A DNA stretch of 57,594 nt from an uncultured Prolixibacteraceae bacterium (GTDB lineage Bacteria; Bacteroidota; Bacteroidia; Bacteroidales; FEN-979): assembly GCA_964355115.1 (NCBI GenBank), contig CAYHCQ010000004.1, forward strand, positions 1-57,594, written 5' to 3'. The translations under genes and the position numbers were made by a program. This document shows positions 1-9,260 of this stretch, one piece after another. How positions within the stretch are numbered: the first letter of the stretch is position 1; the number at the start of each line of letters is the position of its first letter. The notes under the pieces are model-generated. The model did no database searches. It was not told where the DNA came from and saw only the letters and a list, made by a program, of their open reading frames with translations.

Positions 1-500
1 TCTCGAAAACCAACGGCGGCATTCCTTACCGTGTATTTATTGATAGGCAGGAATCCTGCATACTGGATGATTTCCGGGTCGTAAAAAAACCTGATCTTGG
101 GACTAATGGCTCCGATTGTGGGATCCGATTGCATTTTTTCGACCAGTGGTTCAAGAAAGCCCTTGTCAACAATTGTGTCGTTGTTAAGCAGCAGCACATA
201 ATCGCCCCGGGCCCGCATGATTCCCTGGTTGTTGCCGCCGGCAAAACCCCAGTTTACATGGCTGGCATAGAAGGTAACATTGGGAAATCGTTGTTTGATC
301 ATTGAGGGATCGTCGTTCGGAGATTTATTGTCGACAATGATGACTTCAATATTGGGATAGGTAACCTTATTGAGTGATTCTATAAAATCGCAGGTAACTT
401 CCGGGTGATCGTAGTTTACGGCAATAATTGAAACAAGCGGGTACTGCCTGGCTTTAGGCAGGGAACTTTTACCCTTGTAAACATTGTAAGTTTCTGCCAT
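1..500 (-). CDS. Family 2 glycosyltransferase, N-terminal 166 aa only (3' end cut by window edge)
   Basis: Own translation of the minus strand from the ATG (complement of 498-500): MAETYNVYKGKSSLPKARQYPLVSIIAVNYDHPEVTCDF...IEVIIVDNKSPNDD...GFAGGNNQG...YVLLLNNDT. The frame is open to position 1, so it is absent from the ORF track. It is clearly paralogous to the next gene. Confidence 0.8.
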   Translation of the reverse strand, partial: MAETYNVYKGKSSLPKARQYPLVSIIAVNYDHPEVTCDFIESLNKVTYPNIEVIIVDNKSPNDDPSMIKQRFPNVTFYASHVNWGFAGGNNQGIMRARGDYVLLLNNDTIVDKGFLEPLVEKMQSDPTIGAISPKIRFFYDPEIIQYAGFLPINKYTVRNAAVGFR

Positions 501-516
501 GGGGACTAAGGCGCTG

Positions 517-1461
517 TTATTGTTTCAGATATGGATGTCCGTATATTTTCTTGTTGAAGATGTTTTTAACATGCCATCCGATGGCCCTTTGATAAGCACG
601 GGCCAGATCGAACCTGCCCTGAAGTACAAAGTGGGTTGCATTTTTCGGGATTGCGATCAGGCATTGGAAAAGGATGCTGATAATATACCGGAATCCGAAT
701 ACATTCCTGCGCATATAGAGCAGCCGGCTACGGTTAAGATAGTAGGTCTTGAGCGGGCTCATTTTGCCTGTTGAAACCGATTCCTTATGAAAAATGAGTG
801 AATTGTGAACGTAGTAAATCTTATATCCGGCCTTTCTCAGGCGAAAGCCCCAGTCCAGCTCCTCATAATAGAGAAAGAAGGCAGTCGACATAAGGCCTAT
901 CCTGCGGATGGCGCTCCGTGAAATAAGCATGGCAGCGCCATGGGCATAAGCTGTGATGGCATCAGTTTCATACTGGCCGGTATCAACTTCGGCAAAACCA
1001 ATGGATCTGCTTCTTACAGTATAGGAATTGATGGGTGTAAGCCCGGCATACTGAATGGTATCGGGATTGTGGAAATACCTGATCTTAGGGCTAACGGCTC
1101 CAACCGAAGGATCCGATCTCATCTTATCTACCAGTGGTTCGAGAAATCCTGTCGTCACTTCGGTATCGTTATTAATAAGCAGGATGTATTCCCCATGGGA
1201 AATTTCTATCCCCAGGTTGTTGGCTCCGGCAAATCCGAGGTTTTCACCGGCTTCCACCAGATTGATCTGCGGAAATTGTTCCTTTATGATTCTGGGATTG
1301 TCACCCGGTGCGCAGTTATCAACCACGATGACCTCAAGGGTGGGGTAGGAGCATTTGAACAGGGTGGAAAGCATTTCGCAGGTAACCTCAGAATGCCCGT
1401 AGTTAACGGTTACCACGGAAACGAGCGGCAAGTCATCACAATAGGTTGATCTCTTATCCAC
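517..1461 (-). CDS. Family 2 glycosyltransferase
   Basis: 314 aa. GT2 signature VSVVTVNYG...VIVVDNCAPGD...GFAGANNLG...YILLINNDT. The start codon is GTG (complement of 1459-1461). Confidence 0.9.
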   Translation of the reverse strand: MDKRSTYCDDLPLVSVVTVNYGHSEVTCEMLSTLFKCSYPTLEVIVVDNCAPGDNPRIIKEQFPQINLVEAGENLGFAGANNLGIEISHGEYILLINNDTEVTTGFLEPLVDKMRSDPSVGAVSPKIRYFHNPDTIQYAGLTPINSYTVRSRSIGFAEVDTGQYETDAITAYAHGAAMLISRSAIRRIGLMSTAFFLYYEELDWGFRLRKAGYKIYYVHNSLIFHKESVSTGKMSPLKTYYLNRSRLLYMRRNVFGFRYIISILFQCLIAIPKNATHFVLQGRFDLARAYQRAIGWHVKNIFNKKIYGHPYLKQ

Positions 1462-1639
1462 CTTCTATATTTCTTTTACTGAAACACTTATGTTTGAAAG
1501 CAAGATCAGGTTTCCTCAACATTATTGTTGCCTGGTTTTTTATTTCTGTATTGAAAATATGCAGAAATAAAACCCAGCGGAACAAATAATATCAACCCAA
1601 CGACCATATGAAAAATGACAAACTGCATATAATTGGCTT

Positions 1640-3118
1640 TTATTCTTGATTTATAATTAATAAAGGGTTTTGGGCCAAAAGTTTCTTCTCCATCTCGGGT
1701 GACATAAATACAAAGGCCATACAAGTATACATAATTATCCCTGTCGGAAATTGACCAAAAATTGCATTTCCGTAACTGGCAGCTATGACTCCAAACACTC
1801 CACATAGCAAGGCGGCGATTTTTCCCCGAAATTCAGGATCCTTAAGAACAAACATAACAATAAATGATCCCTTTCCAATAAAATACCCGAGAATTAATAA
1901 ATGGATGTATAGTCCGATTATGCCATTTTCAGCCCAAATTAGCACATACCAACTATCGGTTGCAACATTTGCAAGAAACGACTCAGAAGCATAGAGTTTC
2001 GCCCTTGAGCCGGCATGTCCAACACCTACACCAAAAGGCTTATTTCGCAAATAATTCTCAAACAATTTCTGATTCTGGACCCGGACCATATATGATGCGT
2101 CATCTTCAGGAGTAAAAGCAGAACGCATACGATAAATCTGATAATTGGAGTTCCCAATATAGGTGTATCTGAAAAAGCCATAGACACTAGCGATTATGAC
2201 CGTTCCAATAATGATAGCTTTTATATTTTTATTAAGAATAATATATAGGAAAGCTCCTCCAATTGGAACAAACAATGCTCCACGTGTTCCAGAAACAGCC
2301 ATACCATAAAATCCGAATAGCATAACAAGAGCCCAATAAATTTTTGATTTCCAGCGTTTAGTATTGAGCATGATGATAGCGGCAACGATTCCAATATGAC
2401 TTAAGGCTGCACCAAACTGACCTGCGTCAGAATAAAATGAAAAAGCTCTAAGTCGTCCTAAAATGATATGTGTAAGGCTACCTCCTGTGTCGAGCCATCG
2501 CTGCTCCCATGGATCAGGACCAATCAGGATTTGCTGAGCCGCTTTAATTGCTGCCAATATTGAAATAATACTCCAAACCCGTAAAAAAATTTGTAAATGT
2601 CTCGGCTCATTATAAATTAAGAAGAGAAGAGGAAGTATTAATGCCATGTACATACCGATTCCCCTCATTGCAGAAAACCAGGCCATTTTACTGTAGGCCT
2701 CCGGGTTAAAAAACCCAAAGACAATAAATATGAACCAGATGAGTGCCAGATAAATCAATTCATTATTCACTAGGCGCAAATCTGCCCGTTTATAAAAGAA
2801 ATGAAAGAACACAGAAATGTATATCGAAAGTAGGGTAATATCCATAAGGTACCCCAGTTTTATCGGTATATACCGCGTGATACCAATGATAAAAAAATTG
2901 AGAATCAGCGCGAATGTCAAACCAATTTCAGGATTCTGAACAAGCCGATAAAAGCTGAAGAATGCAATGGGAATTCCAAAAAGAATAAAGGCGATAGCAA
3001 ACCCTCCTTTTGCCAGAGCAAAACCAGTTACGATCGATAGAATTGCAATTGTCCCGAAAATAGCTGGGTTTTTTAAGTACTCTGCACCTGAAGGCCGGTA
3101 AAAAGGGTTTGTGCTCAC
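1640..3118 (-). CDS. O-antigen polymerase/ligase-like (Wzy-type) polytopic membrane protein
   Basis: 492 aa, about 10-12 hydrophobic helices, with a large loop (GTRGALFVPIGGAF region). Sits between GT and flippase genes. GTG start overlaps the upstream stop (GTGA). Confidence 0.7.
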   Translation of the reverse strand: MSTNPFYRPSGAEYLKNPAIFGTIAILSIVTGFALAKGGFAIAFILFGIPIAFFSFYRLVQNPEIGLTFALILNFFIIGITRYIPIKLGYLMDITLLSIYISVFFHFFYKRADLRLVNNELIYLALIWFIFIVFGFFNPEAYSKMAWFSAMRGIGMYMALILPLLFLIYNEPRHLQIFLRVWSIISILAAIKAAQQILIGPDPWEQRWLDTGGSLTHIILGRLRAFSFYSDAGQFGAALSHIGIVAAIIMLNTKRWKSKIYWALVMLFGFYGMAVSGTRGALFVPIGGAFLYIILNKNIKAIIIGTVIIASVYGFFRYTYIGNSNYQIYRMRSAFTPEDDASYMVRVQNQKLFENYLRNKPFGVGVGHAGSRAKLYASESFLANVATDSWYVLIWAENGIIGLYIHLLILGYFIGKGSFIVMFVLKDPEFRGKIAALLCGVFGVIAASYGNAIFGQFPTGIIMYTCMAFVFMSPEMEKKLLAQNPLLIINQE

Positions 3119-4518
3119 CGGTATAGTTTTTTTGATTTGAAATTTTCTAAAATTAAACCAATTGCATTTTTGTAAACACTAAATCCTGATGTAAATATGG
3201 TGATAAAAGATATTTTCACCTCCCTGTACATATAATAGTATCCTATGATAATTCCTACGACGGCGAAAAGACATGAGACGGTTGCAACATAAAACAGCAA
3301 TGTGGCAACCGGCATGGCGGGAAAGACATAATGGAATCCAAATATGACAATGATATCTCCAACTATATTAAATGATGTCATGAAAATAAGTTTGATCAGA
3401 TTCATTTGTGGTTTGTTTAAACTGTCCAGAGATATTCCAGTAAACCGATCAAGGGGGAGTAAAACAGAATACACAATAAATGGCAGCATAATAAGGGAGA
3501 GGGCGTCAAGCGAAGCGAGGTAGTTTGCACCTCCCAGAAAAATGATAAAGTGTTTTTTCAAAAAGAAACTGATAATTGCGATCACAATAAATAGGTATAT
3601 TATAGCTCCTGTATAGGAATAGAAAATTCGCTTAAATTCAGGAATATTATTTTCAATACTCGCCCTGGAAAGTTTCGGGTAGGCTGTTGTTGCAAAACTA
3701 ATCAAAGGAATTTCAATCAATTCGATGAATTTCAGTGGAATAGCATATAAGGCAACCCCGGTTGGTCCGCAATAACCACTGAATGAAATTATAAAACTGT
3801 CAGCCCCTTTTAACAGACTGCTTCCAACCCTGGTAAACATTGAATATCTTCCGAAAGCAAGAAGAGTATTGATGCATTTTTTATTGTAATGTTTAATGTA
3901 CTCCATTCCCGTCCATTGTTTCATAATACAAAGCAGGGATGTCGCCAAATTGGTTAAAATGTAGATAATCACTACATCAAAAACGTGGATTGTTTTTAAA
4001 AGATATGAGAAAATAATGATTAACAGGAAAGAGCAAAGATTAAAAAAACGTATCCAGAAGATTCTTTTAAACTGCAAGTCAGATTGCAGAATTGACCAAG
4101 CATAATTCCATGGTAAATTTACCAGGGCCAATATAGGATACCAATAAAAAAACAGGTCATACCCACTCTTGGTAATCTGTTCACGGAAAGCCAGTAAGAC
4201 AATCCACAAAATCACACAAATGATCCCTAAGAGAACCAGCCCGAGTACCCAGCTTGATCCCAGAAAGCTCTTTTTCTCCTTTTCGTCTGGGGTTGTCAGA
4301 AATCGGACTAAAGCATCTCGGGTCAAGCCGAACCGTAACATATCGATCAAAGAAGCTGGAGCAGTAAACAGGACCCACTTACCGAATTCAGGAACGGGAA
4401 GCATCCTGAGTAGGATCATAAAAGAGAGTAATCCCATAACAGCTGTGGAGAAATTTGCTGCCAGGGATAAGAAATTATGGTCATTTAGTATTTTTCTTAA
4501 ATATATTATAAAAAACAA
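3115..4518 (-). CDS. Polysaccharide flippase (Wzx / MOP superfamily)
   Basis: 467 aa, about 12 TM helices, typical Wzx N-terminus (...LLRMLPVPEFGKW). The apparent start is TTG, so the exact start is uncertain. Confidence 0.75.
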   Translation of the reverse strand: MFFIIYLRKILNDHNFLSLAANFSTAVMGLLSFMILLRMLPVPEFGKWVLFTAPASLIDMLRFGLTRDALVRFLTTPDEKEKKSFLGSSWVLGLVLLGIICVILWIVLLAFREQITKSGYDLFFYWYPILALVNLPWNYAWSILQSDLQFKRIFWIRFFNLCSFLLIIIFSYLLKTIHVFDVVIIYILTNLATSLLCIMKQWTGMEYIKHYNKKCINTLLAFGRYSMFTRVGSSLLKGADSFIISFSGYCGPTGVALYAIPLKFIELIEIPLISFATTAYPKLSRASIENNIPEFKRIFYSYTGAIIYLFIVIAIISFFLKKHFIIFLGGANYLASLDALSLIMLPFIVYSVLLPLDRFTGISLDSLNKPQMNLIKLIFMTSFNIVGDIIVIFGFHYVFPAMPVATLLFYVATVSCLFAVVGIIIGYYYMYREVKISFITIFTSGFSVYKNAIGLILENFKSKKLYR

Positions 4519-4541
4519 AGTCAGAAGAATTTTAAAAAACT

Positions 4542-7217
4542 TTATACCGAGTTTGTATCCCTGAATTGAAATAAAAATATCCGCTTCATCGTCCGGTAAA
4601 ACTGTGATCTGAATTTAGGGATTTCTCCGAAAATAATATCCAGATAGATCGGGTCTATTCCATTAAGTACAATTAGTTTTTTATTAGCAAAAATCGATTT
4701 GAAAAGATCCAGGGCATTGGAATCTGCTTCAGTCCAAGACCTGTTTGCCCTTGTCACTAAAAGCGCAAGATCGAATTGCTGAATAAACTCCAGCGAATAA
4801 CTGTTATTAATCAATGACGGAATTTCGACTATAACGTAGTTATATGCCTCAGGATCAATATAATTGTTTTCCGCTAAAATATCCTGTAGCCCTTTGGCTT
4901 CATAAAACGTTTCCTTTACAGTATAGGGAATCTCCTCATCTGAAGGCGGAATTAATTCTTTATAAGTCTGGTAATTAAGGTTGTTGTTGAAATTTTTATT
5001 GTGATTTAAAAAAAGCACCGAATCTCCATAAGATTTCAATTTTCGTGAAATTTCTCTCACTATGGTTGTTTTGCCCTCTGCGTTCCTAGTGCTGATAACA
5101 AGCACCATCACAGGCTTATTCACCTTATTAGGGGCATTTTCAAACAAAGCTAATTTAATATTTTGCGTAAGTATTTCTACCAGTCTGGGCAAGATGAAAC
5201 CAACATCTACCGAATAAATTTGTTTAGAGATCTTCGGATATACTCCGGCTAGTTTAAGCTTAATAAGTTGTTCCGCTTTTTCAGGAGTTTTGATTGAGGT
5301 ATCGAAAAATTCAAGTGCTATGAAAATAATTAAAATCAGGAAAAATCCGAGAATACCAGAGATGAGCACAAAAAGAAGAGAATTTGACCTGATAGGGTTA
5401 ACCGGATAGTATGGGGGGTCAACGACTTTGATATTGGTCGAAAGTTCATCATCTTGCTGACGAAGTTTCGCGAGGTTGAGGTCATGTAATAGTTGTAGAA
5501 ATTCGTTTTCTGTTACACCGATTAGCCGTTCGATTCTTTTTATTTCTGCACCTAATGGAGCGAAAATTTCATATAATTTCTGGAAATGTAGTTTCCGATC
5601 AGAAAGGACTCGCATTGCAGCCCTGCTTTCTTCGAATGCGATCACATTTGTAAGCCAAGCATTGAGTACATCCTTGAGAGGCAGGCCCTCAACACTATTA
5701 TTTATAAGATATAATCTATCAATGTTTGCCTTAATATCTCGTTTGAGGCGATCAATCCTTTGTTGTTCTGCTGCCAGTTGATTTATGGTGGCAGAATCGT
5801 TTGCCTTGTCAATTTCAAGGTTGGCTATTTGCATCATTGCTTCGCCAAGTTCGCCCCTTAATCTGAGTATTGCGCTTGTATTTATAGAAAGTTTTGCATG
5901 AGCTTCCAGTTTTCGTTCAATCAATTTAATTGCTGCATCTGCTGCTGCCAGTGCGATTTGCTTGTTTTGATAAGCTACATCCAATTCTTCTTTTGTGATA
6001 GAAATAACTTTGGTTTGTTCGTAATAGTTAATGATTTTATTTCGTTCATTGAAAATGAGGAGGTCTTGTTCTGCTTTCTTCAACCTTTCTGTCGCATCCT
6101 GAACCTGACGCTTAAAGTATTGAATGACCGCATCTGTCTGATTTTGCCTTAGAATCTTATAATTGCTTATAAATATCTTGGTTAAGAAAACAAGCGTTTG
6201 CTGACATATCCCAGGATCGGGGTTTTTATAGGTCAATTGGATCAGGTCGCTATTCTGGATTCTTTTAACACCGATCGCTTGAAGTGCGGATATACTGTAA
6301 TATCTGTCATTCACTGAATTCCAGAGGTTATATATGAAATTGTTGTCATTTTGTCTGCCATATGCCAATAAGCGTTTAACTAGTTTGTCGAACATTGATG
6401 TGTCGATAGTGACCCTTGGGTTAGATCTTAAAGTATCTGAGAAGGATACATAATCGGCAATAGATGAAGCTGTATCAATTAAACGATTATCAACAGCAGG
6501 AGATGGTTCAGGGACTTCATCAAAGTTGTTATTTTCTGGTTGTATGGTAGGGTCTATATAACTATTAAGAGCAAGCTTTTGACCAATATCGATCCTAACA
6601 TCTGATAGCCTATTTATCCGCATAAATTTTGAAATAGAAAGCCCATTCGATTTTGCGATAGAATAGACCGTTTCTCCGGGTCTTACGACATGATATTTTT
6701 TACCTCCGGATATCCTGGTCGCCTTTTGTGTCTTTACTGGTAAAACTGCTGAGAAATCTCCATCATTTTCAGACTCATCCAATTGCTCCCCGGATGATAT
6801 TCCTGCATGGCTTTTTGATTTGATTCCTCGTTTCGCTTTCCTTACAATATCCATGATGTCTGCAGGGACTTTAGCCTGAAGATCATCAAAATTCTCTTTA
6901 GAAATAAATTGCTTGTTGTAATTATTTAACAGAAGGTGCTGGGCAAGCAATGAAACTGAGACCTCTTCAAGTGTTTGTCTCGACCGGATGAGGTTGATTA
7001 GGTTATCATAAATTGAAGTATTGACAATGGCATTGGCAGTAGCTTGCTGCTGTACTGTATAACCAGTATAAACCCCTGTATATATGGTGGTTTCAGACTG
7101 ATAGCTCCATTGGTTTTTACGTGTAACAAAAAACACGACCGTGGCAATCAAAATAGGGACCAAAATGATCAGCAGCAAGTGTCTGGACAATAATTTTATG
7201 AAGTAAACAATCTTCAT
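4542..7217 (-). CDS. Polysaccharide co-polymerase (Wzz/GumC-like) with C-terminal BY-kinase-like P-loop domain and an inserted LysM domain
   Basis: 891 aa. Contains an N-terminal TM, long coiled-coil periplasmic region and second TM (LLFVLISGILGFFLILIIFIAL). The P-loop is VISTRNAEGKTT (about 5062-5095). The LysM motif is KYHVVRPGETVYSIAKSNGLSISKFMRINRLSDVRIDIGQKLAL (about 6567-6698). Confidence 0.75.
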   Translation of the reverse strand: MKIVYFIKLLSRHLLLIILVPILIATVVFFVTRKNQWSYQSETTIYTGVYTGYTVQQQATANAIVNTSIYDNLINLIRSRQTLEEVSVSLLAQHLLLNNYNKQFISKENFDDLQAKVPADIMDIVRKAKRGIKSKSHAGISSGEQLDESENDGDFSAVLPVKTQKATRISGGKKYHVVRPGETVYSIAKSNGLSISKFMRINRLSDVRIDIGQKLALNSYIDPTIQPENNNFDEVPEPSPAVDNRLIDTASSIADYVSFSDTLRSNPRVTIDTSMFDKLVKRLLAYGRQNDNNFIYNLWNSVNDRYYSISALQAIGVKRIQNSDLIQLTYKNPDPGICQQTLVFLTKIFISNYKILRQNQTDAVIQYFKRQVQDATERLKKAEQDLLIFNERNKIINYYEQTKVISITKEELDVAYQNKQIALAAADAAIKLIERKLEAHAKLSINTSAILRLRGELGEAMMQIANLEIDKANDSATINQLAAEQQRIDRLKRDIKANIDRLYLINNSVEGLPLKDVLNAWLTNVIAFEESRAAMRVLSDRKLHFQKLYEIFAPLGAEIKRIERLIGVTENEFLQLLHDLNLAKLRQQDDELSTNIKVVDPPYYPVNPIRSNSLLFVLISGILGFFLILIIFIALEFFDTSIKTPEKAEQLIKLKLAGVYPKISKQIYSVDVGFILPRLVEILTQNIKLALFENAPNKVNKPVMVLVISTRNAEGKTTIVREISRKLKSYGDSVLFLNHNKNFNNNLNYQTYKELIPPSDEEIPYTVKETFYEAKGLQDILAENNYIDPEAYNYVIVEIPSLINNSYSLEFIQQFDLALLVTRANRSWTEADSNALDLFKSIFANKKLIVLNGIDPIYLDIIFGEIPKFRSQFYRTMKRIFLFQFRDTNSV

Positions 7218-8029
7218 TATTCTATGTATATAACATTAAATTTAATTCCACAAATCTCTTGCAACAATGAGTATGCATTATATAGCTCTATTCTTGCATC
7301 TTCAAAATCATATACCGCTCTTCTATACATTTCGTTAATACGGGCAACTTCATAAAGAGTTGTCTGGCCATTCAAAAACTCTTTTTCAGCCATATCCTTT
7401 TGTAATGAATTTGTAATCACATTTTCATTTGAAATTTTCAATTTCCTTTGACTGACAATTAGTTGATTATATAGCAAGACCATGACTTTTCTGATTTCAA
7501 GGATGAGGTTCTCCTTAATGGCCATGGATTTCTCTATTTCTTTGGTTACGGTTTTGACACGGTTTCTCCTATCCCAAAAGTCATCCATAGGAATTCTAAT
7601 ACTCACACTACCGAGTGCCCGATAACTATCCTGATAAGTAGAAATAGGATACGTAGGAACTCCACCGATCATTTGGTTATATGTATATGCATCCCAGACA
7701 TCTGTTTGAAGCAGTCCATCAATATAGAAATTTTGCATCCATTCGCGCTTTGCAGTTATTGTTTTATATTTCCATATGGCGATATCCGCATCTTGAGACT
7801 TCAGCGAAGGTGCATATTGAATTGCTGAATCAATCAAGTCTTCAAGGGGTGGGATTCTCTGAATTATATCATCTGTCAATGGGTTAATCGCATCGTTGGT
7901 GTTTTTTGTAGTTCCCATGTCATCCTGTCCTTTGCATAGTGAAGGGAAGATCATTAGCCATAGAATCAGTAACCCAATTGGATTTATGGCCAGATGTATT
8001 TTGGTGACCATCGAATTTTGCTTAAACAT
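7217..8029 (-). CDS. Secreted half-size TolC/OEP-like protein (tentative)
   Basis: 270 aa with a signal-like N-terminus. The OEP-like repeat start is LEDLIDSAIQYAPSLKSQDADIAIWKYK. The C-terminal OEP-like helix is FLNGQTTLYEVARINEMYRRAVYDFEDARIELYNAYSLLQEICG. It has a 1-nt TAATG overlap with the downstream gene. Confidence 0.5.
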   Translation of the reverse strand: MFKQNSMVTKIHLAINPIGLLILWLMIFPSLCKGQDDMGTTKNTNDAINPLTDDIIQRIPPLEDLIDSAIQYAPSLKSQDADIAIWKYKTITAKREWMQNFYIDGLLQTDVWDAYTYNQMIGGVPTYPISTYQDSYRALGSVSIRIPMDDFWDRRNRVKTVTKEIEKSMAIKENLILEIRKVMVLLYNQLIVSQRKLKISNENVITNSLQKDMAEKEFLNGQTTLYEVARINEMYRRAVYDFEDARIELYNAYSLLQEICGIKFNVIYIE

Positions 8030-9254
8030 TTTCTTTTTGAATGAAAACTGTAAGTGTTCTAAGAATCAGCTTAATATCACTCCAGAAGGAGTGGTGTTCA
8101 GCATAATAGTTATCGAGCGCAAACCGCTCCTCTTCCGACATCACTCCGTTGCGTCCGCGTTTTTCGACCTGCCATAAACCTGTAAGTCCGGCAGGAGCGC
8201 GGAACCGGCGGCTCCATTTCTTTTTGGTAAGCGCTTCAGCTTCGTTAAGCGGAAGTGGCCGGTTGCCAACAATAGACATATCGCCTTTCAGTATATTGAA
8301 CAACTGTGGGAGTTCGTCAATGCTTGATCTGCGAATTAGTTTGCCGACTTTGGTAATCCGTGGATCATCCACGATTTTAAGGAAAGCCTTTTTCGCATTT
8401 CTCCTTTTGTTGGCAAGGTTTTCACAAATCTCTTCACCGTCGAAATAAACCGCCGGCGAGCATTTCTGACCGGCAGGCAAGGCTGCGCAATCGCTACATT
8501 CTTCATCCACCGTATCGCTGATATACTGGTTCAGGTGGGCAACATCCTTGATTCTGTAATCCGCATCTGGATACATCGAACGGAACTTGTAAAAATTAAA
8601 AATCCTATAATTTGAACCCACCCGTTTTGAGATATAATAGACTTTTCCGCGCGACTCGAGCAGAATAGCAACAACCGTAATGAGCATTATCGGAGAGAGA
8701 ACGATCAGGGCACTACCTGCCATAAGGATGTCAAACACACGCTTTGCAAAGGGTGTATTGTAAGGGGTCATGTCCTCGTCCTGATAGGTATGGGGCTTTG
8801 GGACATACTCCGCCTTGAATTTCCGGAGGAAGGCGAGCCGGCTGTGAAAATTAGGTATGCTGATGTTTGACTGGTAAAAGTCATCCACCCCCATATGGTA
8901 GGCTTCGGTTTTTGCATCGGAATAACACAAAGGAGATATAACTACAAAGGGTGTCCTGGAATGGATGCTGTTCAGTTTTAGTTTTCTGTAAAAGGCCAGT
9001 GCATTGATGCCGGGAAGCATGAATTCACTGATAATCGCATCCAGCTGTCTCGTTTCGTCATAAATAACATCGAAACGGGTATCCTTGTCCATGTCGAAGA
9101 GGCGGAATGCATTATCCGTCAGCCAGTAAATTGCCTGAAGTCCGTTTTCCTTAACGGTCATATCAAAAAGGCCCGATTGGCTGAAAAGGTCAATCAGCGC
9201 TGGGTCATTTCCGATGTAAAGAACTTTAAGACGTTCGGTAGTGGGTTCAGTCAT
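8022..9254 (-). CDS. Undecaprenyl-phosphate sugar phosphotransferase (bacterial sugar transferase family) with N-terminal degenerate receiver-like domain
   Basis: 410 aa. The C-terminal half has FAKRVFDILMAGSALIVLSPIML...YKFRSM...DPRITKVGKLIRRSSIDELPQLFNILKGDMSIVGNRP. The N-terminal 140 aa or so has a CheY-like beta-alpha pattern but AIISEFMLPG in place of the phospho-Asp motif. Confidence 0.85.
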   Translation of the reverse strand: MTEPTTERLKVLYIGNDPALIDLFSQSGLFDMTVKENGLQAIYWLTDNAFRLFDMDKDTRFDVIYDETRQLDAIISEFMLPGINALAFYRKLKLNSIHSRTPFVVISPLCYSDAKTEAYHMGVDDFYQSNISIPNFHSRLAFLRKFKAEYVPKPHTYQDEDMTPYNTPFAKRVFDILMAGSALIVLSPIMLITVVAILLESRGKVYYISKRVGSNYRIFNFYKFRSMYPDADYRIKDVAHLNQYISDTVDEECSDCAALPAGQKCSPAVYFDGEEICENLANKRRNAKKAFLKIVDDPRITKVGKLIRRSSIDELPQLFNILKGDMSIVGNRPLPLNEAEALTKKKWSRRFRAPAGLTGLWQVEKRGRNGVMSEEERFALDNYYAEHHSFWSDIKLILRTLTVFIQKENV

Positions 9255-9260
9255 AAAGGG

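Noticed and set aside
940-1449. 169-aa plus-strand ORF, and many similar antisense ORFs in the track (for example 16017-16520, 33620-34369, 38310-38828, 46107-46634, 49268-50116, 50381-50782, 21398-21955).
   Set aside because: Each lies entirely inside a longer opposite-strand ORF that carries clear family motifs. Their translations are low-complexity, Arg/Ser/Cys-rich and lack motifs. They are shadow ORFs.
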